Positions 1 to 8,405 of a stretch of DNA of 22,595 nt are shown piece by piece. Each line of letters starts with the position of its first letter. Position 1 is the first letter of the stretch. The notes beneath the pieces were generated by a model. That model searched no databases. It was not told the origin of the DNA and was given only the letters and a program-made list of their open reading frames with translations. Source of the stretch: an uncultured Clostridium sp. (GTDB lineage Bacteria; Bacillota_I; Bacilli_A; RF39; UBA660); NCBI GenBank assembly GCA_964555985.1, contig CAZKUP010000012.1, forward strand, positions 1 through 22,595, given 5' to 3'. Both the position numbers and the translations under genes were made by a program.

Positions 1-17
1 CTAAGTTATATTCAATA

Positions 18-359
18 TGGTGGAACCGAGGAGATTCGAACTCCTGTCCGAAAATATAGCTATATAAATATCTACAAACTTAGTTTATTTATAATTTTTA
101 TTAGAAACATAAAAATAAACAAATAGATTTCTAACTAGATTAGTATTTATTCATCATTTTTACTAATCATCAAATGATATATCCTGCTTTATTAAGCCTA
201 AGATATTCGTCACAGGAAAACAAATATTTAGACTGCCTTCTATTCTTAAGCGAAAGCTAATTGATTTCTGTTTCCAGTTATTTTTATTTTTGGAATTAAC
301 GCATGCCAACGGTTTGCAATTTATACTCTAATATTCCCGTCGAAACCAAAAACGGTCCC
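18..359 (-). ncRNA. ssrA: tmRNA (transfer-messenger RNA, SsrA)
   Basis: Reverse complement begins GGGACCGUUUUUGGUUUCGACGGG (tRNA-like 5' acceptor with G3:U wobble). It ends ...GGACAGGAGUUCGAAUCUCCUCGGUUCCACCA (T-arm plus acceptor 3' strand plus CCA). It lies immediately downstream of smpB, as is usual in Firmicutes. Tentative tag frame after AUAACU: GGA AAC AGA AAU CAA UUA GCU UUC GCU UAA, giving (A)GNRNQLAFA. Confidence 0.8.
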
Positions 360-365
360 ATAATT

Positions 366-400
366 AAATTATAACAAAAAAAACTAATATTTCATAGTCT
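366..400 (-). promoter_or_regulatory. putative ssrA promoter (extended -10 TGTTATAAT ~7 nt upstream of tmRNA 5' end)
   Basis: Minus-strand TGTTATAAT at 369-377, directly upstream of the GGGACCG 5' end of the tmRNA. The -35 element would fall within the smpB 3' end. Confidence 0.35.
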
Positions 401-818
401 TTTTATTAAATTTATCTATATCTCTTTCTTTTAGAACTTGCTTTTTATCATAATTCTTTTTACCCTTTGCAACACCAATAAGTATTTTTGCAAGTCCATT
501 TTTTATATATAATTTAATGGGAATAAGAGTATATCCTTCAATATTTAGCTTATCTCTCATTTTATATATTTCATTTTTATGTACTAAAAGTTTTCTAGTG
601 CGATCTTCTTCATGACTAAATATACCACTATTCTCATATTTAGATATATGCATATTTAAAATATATAATTCATTATTTTTTATAATTCCATAACTATCTT
701 TCAAATTTGCTTTACCCATTCTTATTGATTTTATTTCACCACCAGTAAGAACTATTCCACACTCATAAGTATCTTCAATAAAATAATCAAACTTTGCTTT
801 TCTATTTAATATTTCCAT
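384..818 (-). CDS. smpB: SsrA-binding protein SmpB
   Basis: Protein MEILNRKAKFDYFIEDTYECGIVLTGGEIKSIR... is typical SmpB. Start moved to ATG 816-818 (RBS GGTGA); the tracked TTG at 828-830 is unlikely. Adjacent to the tmRNA gene. Confidence 0.85.
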   Translation of the reverse strand: MEILNRKAKFDYFIEDTYECGIVLTGGEIKSIRMGKANLKDSYGIIKNNELYILNMHISKYENSGIFSHEEDRTRKLLVHKNEIYKMRDKLNIEGYTLIPIKLYIKNGLAKILIGVAKGKKNYDKKQVLKERDIDKFNKKTMKY

Positions 819-819
819 G

Positions 820-1980
820 CTAGTCACCAATTGAATAGAAATTAATTTTTAAATCATTCGAAGATAATAATGTTTTATATTTTTTATAATATGATTTATA
901 ATTTACTAACTCATTTGTTAATTTTGTAAAAGGTATTACTTTATAATCTGTACTATTATTATTATATGCATATGTAAATAATACACTTATATTTTCAAAT
1001 GAAACCTTTTTCTCTGTATTAGATTTAGTTATTTTTAAATCAAAATCAACCATTGCACTTACTCTTGAATCAATTGCATAATGCCCTGATAATAAGTTTC
1101 CTAGTGAATAACATACTAAAGTATTATTAATCATTTCAATAGGTTGTATTGTGTATCCAGTATTACCAACTACAATATCTACTCCCAAACCTGATAAATA
1201 TGTTGCAATTCTTTTTTGTTCTTCTGAAACAGTTTGTTTATCATATGCATCTAATACATTTCCACCACTATAATCTATACTTACCATGATTATATCTACT
1301 AAATCTTTAATACTCTCAACATCACTTTTTACAAGTTCATCACTATAAATATCAACAGCAAAAGCATTTTGTACTATTTCATCAGTTGCAGTTGTATAAG
1401 ATAAAAGTGCAATTTTAATACCATTTTTTTCAATTATATTATTTTTTAGTCTATTTTCTTCTGAATCATTAACTCCTGCATAAATATATTTGTTATTAGA
1501 AATTGTTTCAATAGTACTTTTTATTCCTGCAAGGCCTTTATCATATGCATGATATGAGCCAAGTGACATTGCATTAAATCCTAATTTTGATAATGATTTA
1601 ATTGTATCTTCTGGTGTATTATAACTATAATTATAACTTGTACCTGCTTCAGCTCCAGCAACTATACTTTGTTCAAAATAGAAATTTACATCTGATTTTT
1701 TCATAATATCATTTAAATCTGAAAATACTTTATCAAAATCATATCCATCACTAGTTTTAGTATCATACCACATATTGCTATTAATTAATACATTTCCACC
1801 TAATGTAAATGTAGTTGAATATACTTTATCTTTTGGATTTTCTTTTTCAAGTATGTCCGCATTAGTATCTTCTTTTTCCTTTAGAAAATACCCTCTAAAT
1901 AAATATAATGACCCAAATATACCTACAATAAGTAGCAATAATATTATAAATGGTGCCTTTTTAATTTTCTTCTTTTTCAT
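820..1980 (-). CDS. CapA/PGA_cap-family (metallophosphatase-like) membrane-anchored protein
   Basis: N-terminal TM segment. The rest of the body resembles the CapA poly-gamma-glutamate synthesis family (…SLGSYHAYDKGLAGI…GVDIVVGNTGYTIQPIE…). Sits between rnr and smpB. Confidence 0.55.
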   Translation of the reverse strand: MKKKKIKKAPFIILLLLIVGIFGSLYLFRGYFLKEKEDTNADILEKENPKDKVYSTTFTLGGNVLINSNMWYDTKTSDGYDFDKVFSDLNDIMKKSDVNFYFEQSIVAGAEAGTSYNYSYNTPEDTIKSLSKLGFNAMSLGSYHAYDKGLAGIKSTIETISNNKYIYAGVNDSEENRLKNNIIEKNGIKIALLSYTTATDEIVQNAFAVDIYSDELVKSDVESIKDLVDIIMVSIDYSGGNVLDAYDKQTVSEEQKRIATYLSGLGVDIVVGNTGYTIQPIEMINNTLVCYSLGNLLSGHYAIDSRVSAMVDFDLKITKSNTEKKVSFENISVLFTYAYNNNSTDYKVIPFTKLTNELVNYKSYYKKYKTLLSSNDLKINFYSIGD

Positions 1981-4072
1981 CTTTTACCTCCATTTTATTA
2001 ATAACCTCAAAATCAATTATTCCTTCTACTTTAGATGCATTAATACATTTTACATATATTATATCACCCAATCTATATCTTTTACCACTTCTTTTTCCTA
2101 CTATACTTTGACTAAATTCATCAACTATATAATAATCACCCTTTAAAGCAGAAACATGGACTCTACCTTCAATTCTATTTTCAAGTCTTACAAACATACC
2201 AGAAGGCACGACACTTTGTACTTTAGCAACAAACTCTTCTCCTATATGCTCTTGCATATATTCTGCCATTTTCATATCATCAACATCTCGTTCACATTCA
2301 ATTGCATTTCTTTCTTTTAAAGAAGAATGTTCTGCCTCTTTTTCTAATTTCTTAGATAAATGTACTAAGTCAAATGTACTTAGATTATCACCATGTAAAA
2401 TACTTTTTAAGACCCTATGAACTGTATCATCTGGATATCTTCTAATTGGACTTGTAAAATGGCAATAACATTTACTAGCAAGGCCATAGTGCCCCATATT
2501 TTCTATACTATAAACCGCTTTTTGCATAGACCTAAGTCCAAGTTCTGATACCATTTCATAATCTTTTTCATCTTTTAAACTAAGAAGTAATTCCTGCATT
2601 TGTTTAGGCTTAAATTCATTAATTTTACCCTTTATTTTAATTTTATGACCAAGAGCACTTAAAACACTAAAATATTCTCTTAATTTCTTTTCCCTAGGTA
2701 TTTCATGAATACGATACATCATAGGATAATCTAAAGAAGTTATATATTCTGCAACACATTCATTAGCAGCAATCATAAAGTCCTCAATTAATTTTTCTCC
2801 TGTACCTCTTTCTCTTTCTTTTATTTCTATAGGTTTACATTCTTCATCAACAATTATTTTAATTTCAGGAACATCAAAATTAATTTGACCTCTATCATCT
2901 TTTCTTTTTCTTAATATTTCAGACAATTCTTTCATTAAGTCAAGTTCATGAGTAAAATCTTCATATCCTTCTGAAACTATTCCCTCTTCTAAATACATAT
3001 TTGCTTTTTTGTAAGTCATTCTTAGTTTAGAATTTATAACTGCTTCATATATATCGAATCTAACTAATTTACCATTTGGATCATATTCCATATCACATGA
3101 CATTGTAAGTCTATCTACATGTGGATTAAGTGAACATATACCATTAGATAATTGATGTGGAAGCATTGGAATTACTCTATCAACAAGATATACACTTGTT
3201 GCTCTTTCTTCTGCATCTCTATTAAGTGCAGTTCCTTCTTTAACATAATGAGTTACATCTGCAATATGCACTCCAAGTAGATAATTACCATTATCAAGAA
3301 CATCAATATATATAGCGTCATCAAAGTCTTTCGCATCATCACCATCCATAGTAATAATCTTTTTATCTCTTAAATCTCTTCTTCCAACAATTTCATCATC
3401 AGTAACTTCAAGAGGAAGATTCTTTATTTCCTCCATTGTTTCATCAGTAAAATTTGGTTCTATATCATGTTCATATACTTTAGATAATATATCAATACCA
3501 ACATCATCCTTATGGCCTAATATCTTAATAACCTCACCATAATATTTATTTTTAGATACCTCAGCATAAGGTTTAACAATTACCTTATGACCAGGCATTG
3601 CATTATTTCTATGATGCTCATCTATTAATATTGTTAATTTTATTCTCTCATCATCAAGAATAATTTTACCACAATCTTTATCTAAGACAAATTCACCAAT
3701 AATTGTATCAAAAGACCTATCAAGTATTTTAATAATCTTTCCTTCTTCACTAGAAATGTATTCACATGCTACTAAATCATTGTGTATAGCGCCATTTAAG
3801 TTTTCTTTTTTAATATGTATATCTGGCTCATTTGACAAGATAACAAATCCAAATCCCTTTTTATTCACAGATAACTTACCTACTTTTAAATGTGTATTTT
3901 CATATAATGTATATTTATTTTTTTTAGTAACATATACATCTCCACATTTTTCAAGTGTTCTAAGTTCACTACATAAGCTATCTAAGGAAGCATTATTTAA
4001 CTTACTTTGTATTTCAAGTTCAGTAAGTGGAATTTCACTTTTTTTAAGTACATCTAAAATTTCTTCTCTCAT
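1961..4072 (-). CDS. rnr: ribonuclease R (RNB-family 3'-5' exoribonuclease)
   Basis: 703 aa with N-terminal HTH/cold-shock region, RNB catalytic core (…DGDDAKDFDDAIY…) and C-terminal S1 domain. Strong RBS AGGAGG. The secG-rnr-smpB-ssrA synteny is conserved. Confidence 0.9.
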   Translation of the reverse strand: MREEILDVLKKSEIPLTELEIQSKLNNASLDSLCSELRTLEKCGDVYVTKKNKYTLYENTHLKVGKLSVNKKGFGFVILSNEPDIHIKKENLNGAIHNDLVACEYISSEEGKIIKILDRSFDTIIGEFVLDKDCGKIILDDERIKLTILIDEHHRNNAMPGHKVIVKPYAEVSKNKYYGEVIKILGHKDDVGIDILSKVYEHDIEPNFTDETMEEIKNLPLEVTDDEIVGRRDLRDKKIITMDGDDAKDFDDAIYIDVLDNGNYLLGVHIADVTHYVKEGTALNRDAEERATSVYLVDRVIPMLPHQLSNGICSLNPHVDRLTMSCDMEYDPNGKLVRFDIYEAVINSKLRMTYKKANMYLEEGIVSEGYEDFTHELDLMKELSEILRKRKDDRGQINFDVPEIKIIVDEECKPIEIKERERGTGEKLIEDFMIAANECVAEYITSLDYPMMYRIHEIPREKKLREYFSVLSALGHKIKIKGKINEFKPKQMQELLLSLKDEKDYEMVSELGLRSMQKAVYSIENMGHYGLASKCYCHFTSPIRRYPDDTVHRVLKSILHGDNLSTFDLVHLSKKLEKEAEHSSLKERNAIECERDVDDMKMAEYMQEHIGEEFVAKVQSVVPSGMFVRLENRIEGRVHVSALKGDYYIVDEFSQSIVGKRSGKRYRLGDIIYVKCINASKVEGIIDFEVINKMEVKDEKEEN

Positions 4073-4100
4073 AGCATTCCTCCTATTATTATTATAGAAT

Positions 4101-4131
4101 AAAAAAAGACTTATAAAAAGTCTTTTTTTAA
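4101..4131. terminator. bidirectional rho-independent terminator between secG and rnr
   Basis: AAAAAAAGACTTATAAAAAGTCTTTTTTT is a perfect hairpin flanked by A and T runs. Confidence 0.7.
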
Positions 4132-4141
4132 AAATATTTAA

Positions 4142-4354
4142 TTAAAGTGACATAATTAGGGCAATTACCATAAAAACAGCACCTAAAACAGCAGTTAATC
4201 TGGTAATAAATAATTCCCCGCCTCTTTCTTTTCTTTTATTAAATAAATCAGAACTACCTCCGCCTAAGCCTTGAGATGCTCCTTCTGCTTTAGCACTTTG
4301 TAATAAAACAATAGCAATAAGCAATATTGATACAATTATAATTAATGTTTCCAT
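4142..4354 (-). CDS. secG: preprotein translocase subunit SecG
   Basis: 70-aa protein with two TM helices and a glycine-rich loop (GASQGLGGGSSDLF). RBS AAGGTGA. Conserved position upstream of rnr. Confidence 0.85.
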   Translation of the reverse strand: METLIIIVSILLIAIVLLQSAKAEGASQGLGGGSSDLFNKRKERGGELFITRLTAVLGAVFMVIALIMSL

Positions 4355-4428
4355 TTCATCACCTTCGTTAATACTTTACCATATAATTATTGATTTTTCA
4401 ATGATATAATGAACATTTTTTATTTTTT

Positions 4429-4447
4429 ATATCAAACATATGTTTGT
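4429..4447. promoter_or_regulatory. 19-bp palindromic operator-like motif ATATCAAACATATGTTTGT (copy 1, secG upstream region)
   Basis: An identical 19-mer recurs at 15560-15578. The core CAAACATATGTTTG is a perfect palindrome, close to the Firmicutes LexA/Cheo box CGAACATATGTTCG (GAAC to AAAC). Confidence 0.4.
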
Positions 4448-5382
4448 CATTCTAAATCTAATATATCTCTCCAATTAACAGGAAAACCTATTTCATCTAG
4501 TATTGTTTCAAGAGTAATACTATCTATCTTACCATCAAGAGCATCCACCTCATATCCTAGTTCGTAAATAAGAAGTCTAAAATCATCCTTACTAAGCATA
4601 TATTTAAACATTATAACTAATGAATATAAATCATTCGTACCATATATATATTCCTCATTATAAATAGGAATATTTAACTTATGATGATATATATTATTTG
4701 GTATACCTCTTTGTGTTTTATGATTATAAAGTATATCTTCATGAGCACAAAGATTTCTATAATTTGACATTATAGGTAAAAATATACTTAAATCTTCCTC
4801 ATTAATTCCATAATACTTTGCAATTTCAATCTTATCCTCATGTTTTAAAATATTATATAACTCACTTAATATTCCAAAAGATAAAACTTTTACTAATATC
4901 CACATAGGTATATAACCATAATTTGTTAAATAATGAAGTGTTGCAGTATGTTGTTTAGCATTAACTCTTATTTGCCTTTTCATTTTATTTATTACATCTG
5001 CTACTTGTCTATGTTTAGATATATTTGTATCAAAATTTGACATTTTTAAATAATCTTTTTCCTTATAACCATATTTACTTGACAAATGATAACTAAAGAT
5101 AGATTTTAAATTGTTTTCCACAATTAATAAATATTTAAACATAATATTTCTTAAATTTCTATCAAATGAAAACAATGCATACAATTCATCAAATGTTGCT
5201 CCATCTATAAATCTTTTATTTTCTCCATCTTTCATAAATATATGTCTATATCCATTTATAAAAAAGTAATTTTCTCTTAACAAAATACTTTTAGTCTTAT
5301 CATAATCATTAATAATTAAGCCCTTATCTTTTAATATTTCTATTTGTTCTTCAATAGTTTTAAATTGTTTTACACGCCCCAT
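4447..5382 (-). CDS. abortive infection protein, Abi_2 (AbiD/AbiD1/AbiF) family
   Basis: N-terminal …FKTIEEQIEILKDKGLII…ENYFFINGYRHIF…FDELYALFSFDRNLRNIMFKYLLIVENNLKSIFSYHL… matches the conserved Abi_2 N-terminal region as recalled. Confidence 0.8.
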   Translation of the reverse strand: MGRVKQFKTIEEQIEILKDKGLIINDYDKTKSILLRENYFFINGYRHIFMKDGENKRFIDGATFDELYALFSFDRNLRNIMFKYLLIVENNLKSIFSYHLSSKYGYKEKDYLKMSNFDTNISKHRQVADVINKMKRQIRVNAKQHTATLHYLTNYGYIPMWILVKVLSFGILSELYNILKHEDKIEIAKYYGINEEDLSIFLPIMSNYRNLCAHEDILYNHKTQRGIPNNIYHHKLNIPIYNEEYIYGTNDLYSLVIMFKYMLSKDDFRLLIYELGYEVDALDGKIDSITLETILDEIGFPVNWRDILDLE

Positions 5383-5510
5383 AAATATACATCTCCTATT
5401 ATAAGTATATCATATGATATGCATTTTTTTCTAATAAAAAAAAATTTATGTAAAGTTTTTAGGGGAAAAGCAGTTAGTTTTAGAGTATTTAATATATAGG
5501 AGGTGAAATA

Positions 5511-5576
5511 ATGATCGAGTTTATTAGATTTATTATTTATGTTATTTGGGAATATTTTGATTATAAGAAAAGATAG
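5511..5576 (+). CDS. 21-aa hydrophobic/aromatic small peptide (MIEFIRFIIYVIWEYFDYKKR) with near-consensus SD
   Basis: TAGGAGGTGAaataATG RBS, unusual in an AT-rich intergenic region. Divergent from abi and followed immediately by a perfect hairpin terminator. Not in the ORF track because it is too short. Confidence 0.4.
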   Translation: MIEFIRFIIYVIWEYFDYKKR

Positions 5577-5592
5577 AAGACTTAGTCTTCTA
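5576..5592. terminator. bidirectional hairpin terminator (AGAAGAC-TTA-GTCTTCT)
   Basis: Perfect 7-bp stem with 3-nt loop, T-rich on both sides. It terminates both the small ORF (plus strand) and the nuclease gene (minus strand). Confidence 0.6.
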
Positions 5593-6280
5593 TTTTGCTA
5601 CTTCCATCCTTGTAATTAATACTTATTCCATCTTGCACATTATAAACATATACATTAAACTCAATACCTTCTCCATTATCTTCAATAGAATACCCTTCCA
5701 TAATAACGCCACTAGCAAGTAAATTATCTTCTTGATATATAGGTGTTACTCTATAAAGCACATGATTATGTGTTTTTTTTATGTAACTTGCAATCTTATT
5801 TTCATATTCAAGCATCACACTTGTATTCATTTGTCTAGTACATGTAATTAAATTCTTTTCAAAAGCGTTCTTTCCTGTCAATTGATATCCAATTAAATGA
5901 CATCTATTATATAAATATTTACCTTCAATATTATCATATTTTGCTTGATTCCAACCACTAGGTTTAATCATACCAATACTTTTTCTATCTTCTTTCGGCA
6001 TTAATTCTTCTCCTAAACAAGCACTTACCTTGCCTGCTCTTCCAAGAAAATCAAGTTCACTATAATATTCATACGAAGTATTAGGTAAATTATCATAATC
6101 AAATAAAGGTTTATTATTATTTAAAATTACAAAAGAAAACCCTCTATATTCCGGAATATTAGATATATCATATGTTTCATCTTGAGAATCATATATTGTT
6201 TTATCTTTATCAATATTATAATAATACATTGCTATAAAAAAAGTTATAACTGCTATAATTAAACTTACTATTTTTTTCAT
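5582..6280 (-). CDS. membrane-anchored extracellular DNA/RNA non-specific endonuclease (DNA-entry-nuclease-like)
   Basis: N-terminal TM anchor. Conserved …GWNQAKY…NRCHLIGYQLTG… block resembles the His-Me finger non-specific nuclease family (NucA/EndA-like). Confidence 0.55.
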   Translation of the reverse strand: MKKIVSLIIAVITFFIAMYYYNIDKDKTIYDSQDETYDISNIPEYRGFSFVILNNNKPLFDYDNLPNTSYEYYSELDFLGRAGKVSACLGEELMPKEDRKSIGMIKPSGWNQAKYDNIEGKYLYNRCHLIGYQLTGKNAFEKNLITCTRQMNTSVMLEYENKIASYIKKTHNHVLYRVTPIYQEDNLLASGVIMEGYSIEDNGEGIEFNVYVYNVQDGISINYKDGSSKIED

Positions 6281-6340
6281 TCTATCACTACCTAATTAAA
6301 TTTTATCTAAAAACAATATTTTAGTAAATACTCTTTTTAA

Positions 6341-6997
6341 TTATTTTACATAATATCTAATAAGTGCATCATTTATAACTTGTGCTATTTTATCTTGATA
6401 ACTTGAAGTAATAAGTTTGTTTCTTTCATTTGGATTAGATATAAAACCAACTTCTAATAATAACCCCATTTTATTTATATTTTTATACATATACAAATCA
6501 TTTATTTCCTTTATCTTTCTATTACTATTTAATTTTTTATTAAATTCCTCTTGAAAAATTTTAGCAATACTTTCATTATCCTTATTTATATCATCATAAA
6601 ACACTTGAGCACCTTTCCATGATGAATTTAAAGATGAATTTAAATGAATAGACAAATACACATCCGCGTCACTTTCATTTATTAACTTTGCCCTATTTGC
6701 TAAATCACTTCTTTTTCTTAAAGAAACATTTTTACTAGACAAATCATAATCACCATCTCTTGTAATATACACAATCCCACCATTACTTTCTAGCTTCTTC
6801 TTTAACTTTAAAGTAATACTTAAGTTTATATCTTCTTCATATATATCTTTATAATATGCGCCCGGATCTATACCACCATGTCCAGGATCTAAATAAATAA
6901 CCCTTCCTAAAAGAGGAACATCATTTATAAATGCATTTACTTTATCAATTATACACACTAATAAAATAAAAATAATAAACATCTTTAATTTATACAT
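6341..6997 (-). CDS. cwlD: N-acetylmuramoyl-L-alanine amidase (Amidase_3), CwlD-like germination-specific amidase
   Basis: Signal/TM N-terminus. VIYLDPGHGGIDPGA…ADVYLSIHLNS…LLEVGFISNPNE are Amidase_3 hallmarks. Size (218 aa) fits CwlD. Confidence 0.75.
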   Translation of the reverse strand: MYKLKMFIIFILLVCIIDKVNAFINDVPLLGRVIYLDPGHGGIDPGAYYKDIYEEDINLSITLKLKKKLESNGGIVYITRDGDYDLSSKNVSLRKRSDLANRAKLINESDADVYLSIHLNSSLNSSWKGAQVFYDDINKDNESIAKIFQEEFNKKLNSNRKIKEINDLYMYKNINKMGLLLEVGFISNPNERNKLITSSYQDKIAQVINDALIRYYVK

Positions 6998-7083
6998 ATT
7001 TCCACCTAATTAATTATATTTATTTACATAAGAAAAAGACTTATGATAAGTCCTTTTTCACAAATACAAATATTTTACTTAAT
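6893..7083. repeat. direct repeat copy 1 (cwlD 5' ~105 nt + RBS/promoter + upstream terminator + last 27 nt of GtrA-like ORF)
   Basis: Near-identical to 8239-8405 (~103 nt 100% identical at the 3' side). Copy 2 carries a 12-nt and a 7-nt deletion and one substitution in the cwlD-derived part. Confidence 0.85.
7032..7059. terminator. hairpin terminator GAAAAAGACTTATGATAAGTCCTTTTTC (inside repeat copy 1)
   Basis: Imperfect ~11-bp stem with T-run. The same sequence in copy 2 (8352-8379) overlaps the stop region of the GtrA-like ORF. Confidence 0.55.
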
Positions 7084-7137
7084 TTGCTACATTATACACT
7101 ATAATCCCAAATAGTGTACTTTTACCTGATTCCATTA

Positions 7138-7857
7138 TTACATTATATTTTTCATTAAAATTAATCGTATGACTTTAATAATATATAATATTTCAATAGT
7201 TTTCTTTAACTCATTAGAACAATAAATATTTATATATTCTAATCTTTCTTCTTCACTTAAACCTTTACTATTATTCTTAAACATATCTCCTAATTTTTTG
7301 TAATTTCCATTAATACTTTCATGACTGGCAATAATCATATCCATCTTAGATACATTTGTAAGGTCTAAATATATGCCATTTATTTTAGCAAGTGATTCTA
7401 TAAATACTCTTTGACTTCTACCATTACCTTCACGAAAAGGATGTAAAGCATTAATATCAGCAAATAATTCTACTAATTTATCTAGTGTTGTTTCATTATC
7501 ATAATCTACAAAGTATTTTTCTTTTTTTAACTTGCTAAATACATCATTGCCAAATGATTCTATATGCTCTGTTAAACAGAATAAATCTTGTTTAGCAATA
7601 TTACAGTTTCTTATATCTCCAGCCCATCTATAAACATCTTGAAATAAATATTTATGAATATCTTTTAAATATTTAAAGTCAAAATTACCTTTTAATGGTT
7701 TTTCGTTTAATTCTAAAGTTCTTAAAGATACAAGTTCTCTTTCAGCATTAAATAAATCTTCATCATTAGTAATATTTAATTTATTAATTAAAACATCAGT
7801 TCCTTTATAACAATAATCTGCAGTTCTTTCATAAGTATATTTATATTTATTATCCAT
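7138..7857 (-). CDS. fic: Fic-family protein (class I Fic toxin, adenylyltransferase-type FIC motif)
   Basis: Canonical FIC motif HPFREGNGRSQR. No internal (S/T)xxxE(G/N) inhibitory motif was seen. An 8-nt overlap with the upstream small ORF suggests translational coupling. Confidence 0.8.
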   Translation of the reverse strand: MDNKYKYTYERTADYCYKGTDVLINKLNITNDEDLFNAERELVSLRTLELNEKPLKGNFDFKYLKDIHKYLFQDVYRWAGDIRNCNIAKQDLFCLTEHIESFGNDVFSKLKKEKYFVDYDNETTLDKLVELFADINALHPFREGNGRSQRVFIESLAKINGIYLDLTNVSKMDMIIASHESINGNYKKLGDMFKNNSKGLSEEERLEYINIYCSNELKKTIEILYIIKVIRLILMKNIM

Positions 7858-8041
7858 AAATTCCTCTATACTTTTCTATAACTTTTCTACGTTCTATTTC
7901 AGTTGTTGACTTTCCAGTTATACAATTATAAAGTTTTTGTTTTATTTCTTTAGTTAGTGGCATTCCCTCTTGTGCCATAGCACCATCAACTTTTTTTATT
8001 TTTTCTTGTATTTCTTTTTCAGTTTGCTTTTTATTACTCAT
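7850..8041 (-). CDS. putative Fic antitoxin (VbhA/FicA-like small inhibitory protein)
   Basis: 63 aa and helical. Contains AMAQEG, which resembles the (S/T)xxxE(G/N) inhibitory motif. It precedes fic and overlaps it. An extended -10 TGGTATAAT lies upstream on the minus strand at 8078-8086. Confidence 0.55.
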   Translation of the reverse strand: MSNKKQTEKEIQEKIKKVDGAMAQEGMPLTKEIKQKLYNCITGKSTTEIERRKVIEKYRGIYG

Positions 8042-8069
8042 TTAAATCACTCACTTTCTAAAGTTTTTT

Positions 8070-8110
8070 GTACATCTATTATACCACAATTTGCTTAATA
8101 TATCATTAGT
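8070..8110 (-). promoter_or_regulatory. promoter of antitoxin-fic operon (extended -10 TGGTATAAT)
   Basis: Minus-strand AAATTGTGGTATAATAGATG lies ~35 nt upstream of the antitoxin ATG. An RBS-like GTGAGTGA is present. Confidence 0.45.
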
Positions 8111-8238
8111 TTTGACATAATAAAAATGCATTCGTTAAAAAGTATCTTATTGTAATTATTATTAAATTATATAAAATATAGTTTGCTACAACTAGGTCTA
8201 TTTATACCGGGGTTAATCTCACTTTGATTCTCAAGGCT

Positions 8239-8405
8239 ATAAATAACCCTTCCTAAAAGAGGTAAAATGCATTTACTTTATCAATTACGCACACTAATAA
8301 ACATCTTTAATTTATACATATTTCCACCTAATTAATTATATTTATTTACATAAGAAAAAGACTTATGATAAGTCCTTTTTCACAAATACAAATATTTTAC
8401 TTAAT
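8239..8405. repeat. direct repeat copy 2 (decayed cwlD 5' fragment + terminator + 3' end of GtrA-like gene)
   Basis: See copy 1. It flanks the 1155-bp segment 7084-8238 that carries the Fic module. Confidence 0.85.

Noticed and set aside
384-830. Tracked starts of several ORFs (smpB TTG 830, yfhO 11406, P-II 14039, DUF1538 15576, lipoprotein 16316)
   Set aside because: In each case a downstream ATG with a proper RBS and a sensible N-terminus (signal peptide, TM helix or family-typical start) is preferred. The tracked longer extensions overlap upstream genes or lack SD sequences.
1775-2146. 123-aa plus-strand ORF
   Set aside because: Lies entirely antisense to the capA-like/rnr coding sequence. 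Low-complexity I/F/N-rich translation typical of AT-rich antisense frames, with no RBS.
3756-4097. 113-aa plus-strand ORF
   Set aside because: Antisense to rnr, low-complexity composition. The rnr call is strongly supported.
5383-5510. Second palindrome ATATCATATGATAT at ~5421-5434 in the abi/small-ORF divergent region
   Set aside because: Short AT-only palindrome, common by chance in this composition. Unlike the 19-mer at 4429/15560 it does not recur.
4101-7059. Similarity between the terminator hairpins at 4101-4131 and 7032-7059 (both AAAAAGACTTA…)
   Set aside because: Only the A-run/GACTT stem halves resemble each other, and the loops and flanks differ. This is most likely a convergent AT-rich terminator design, not a repeat family.
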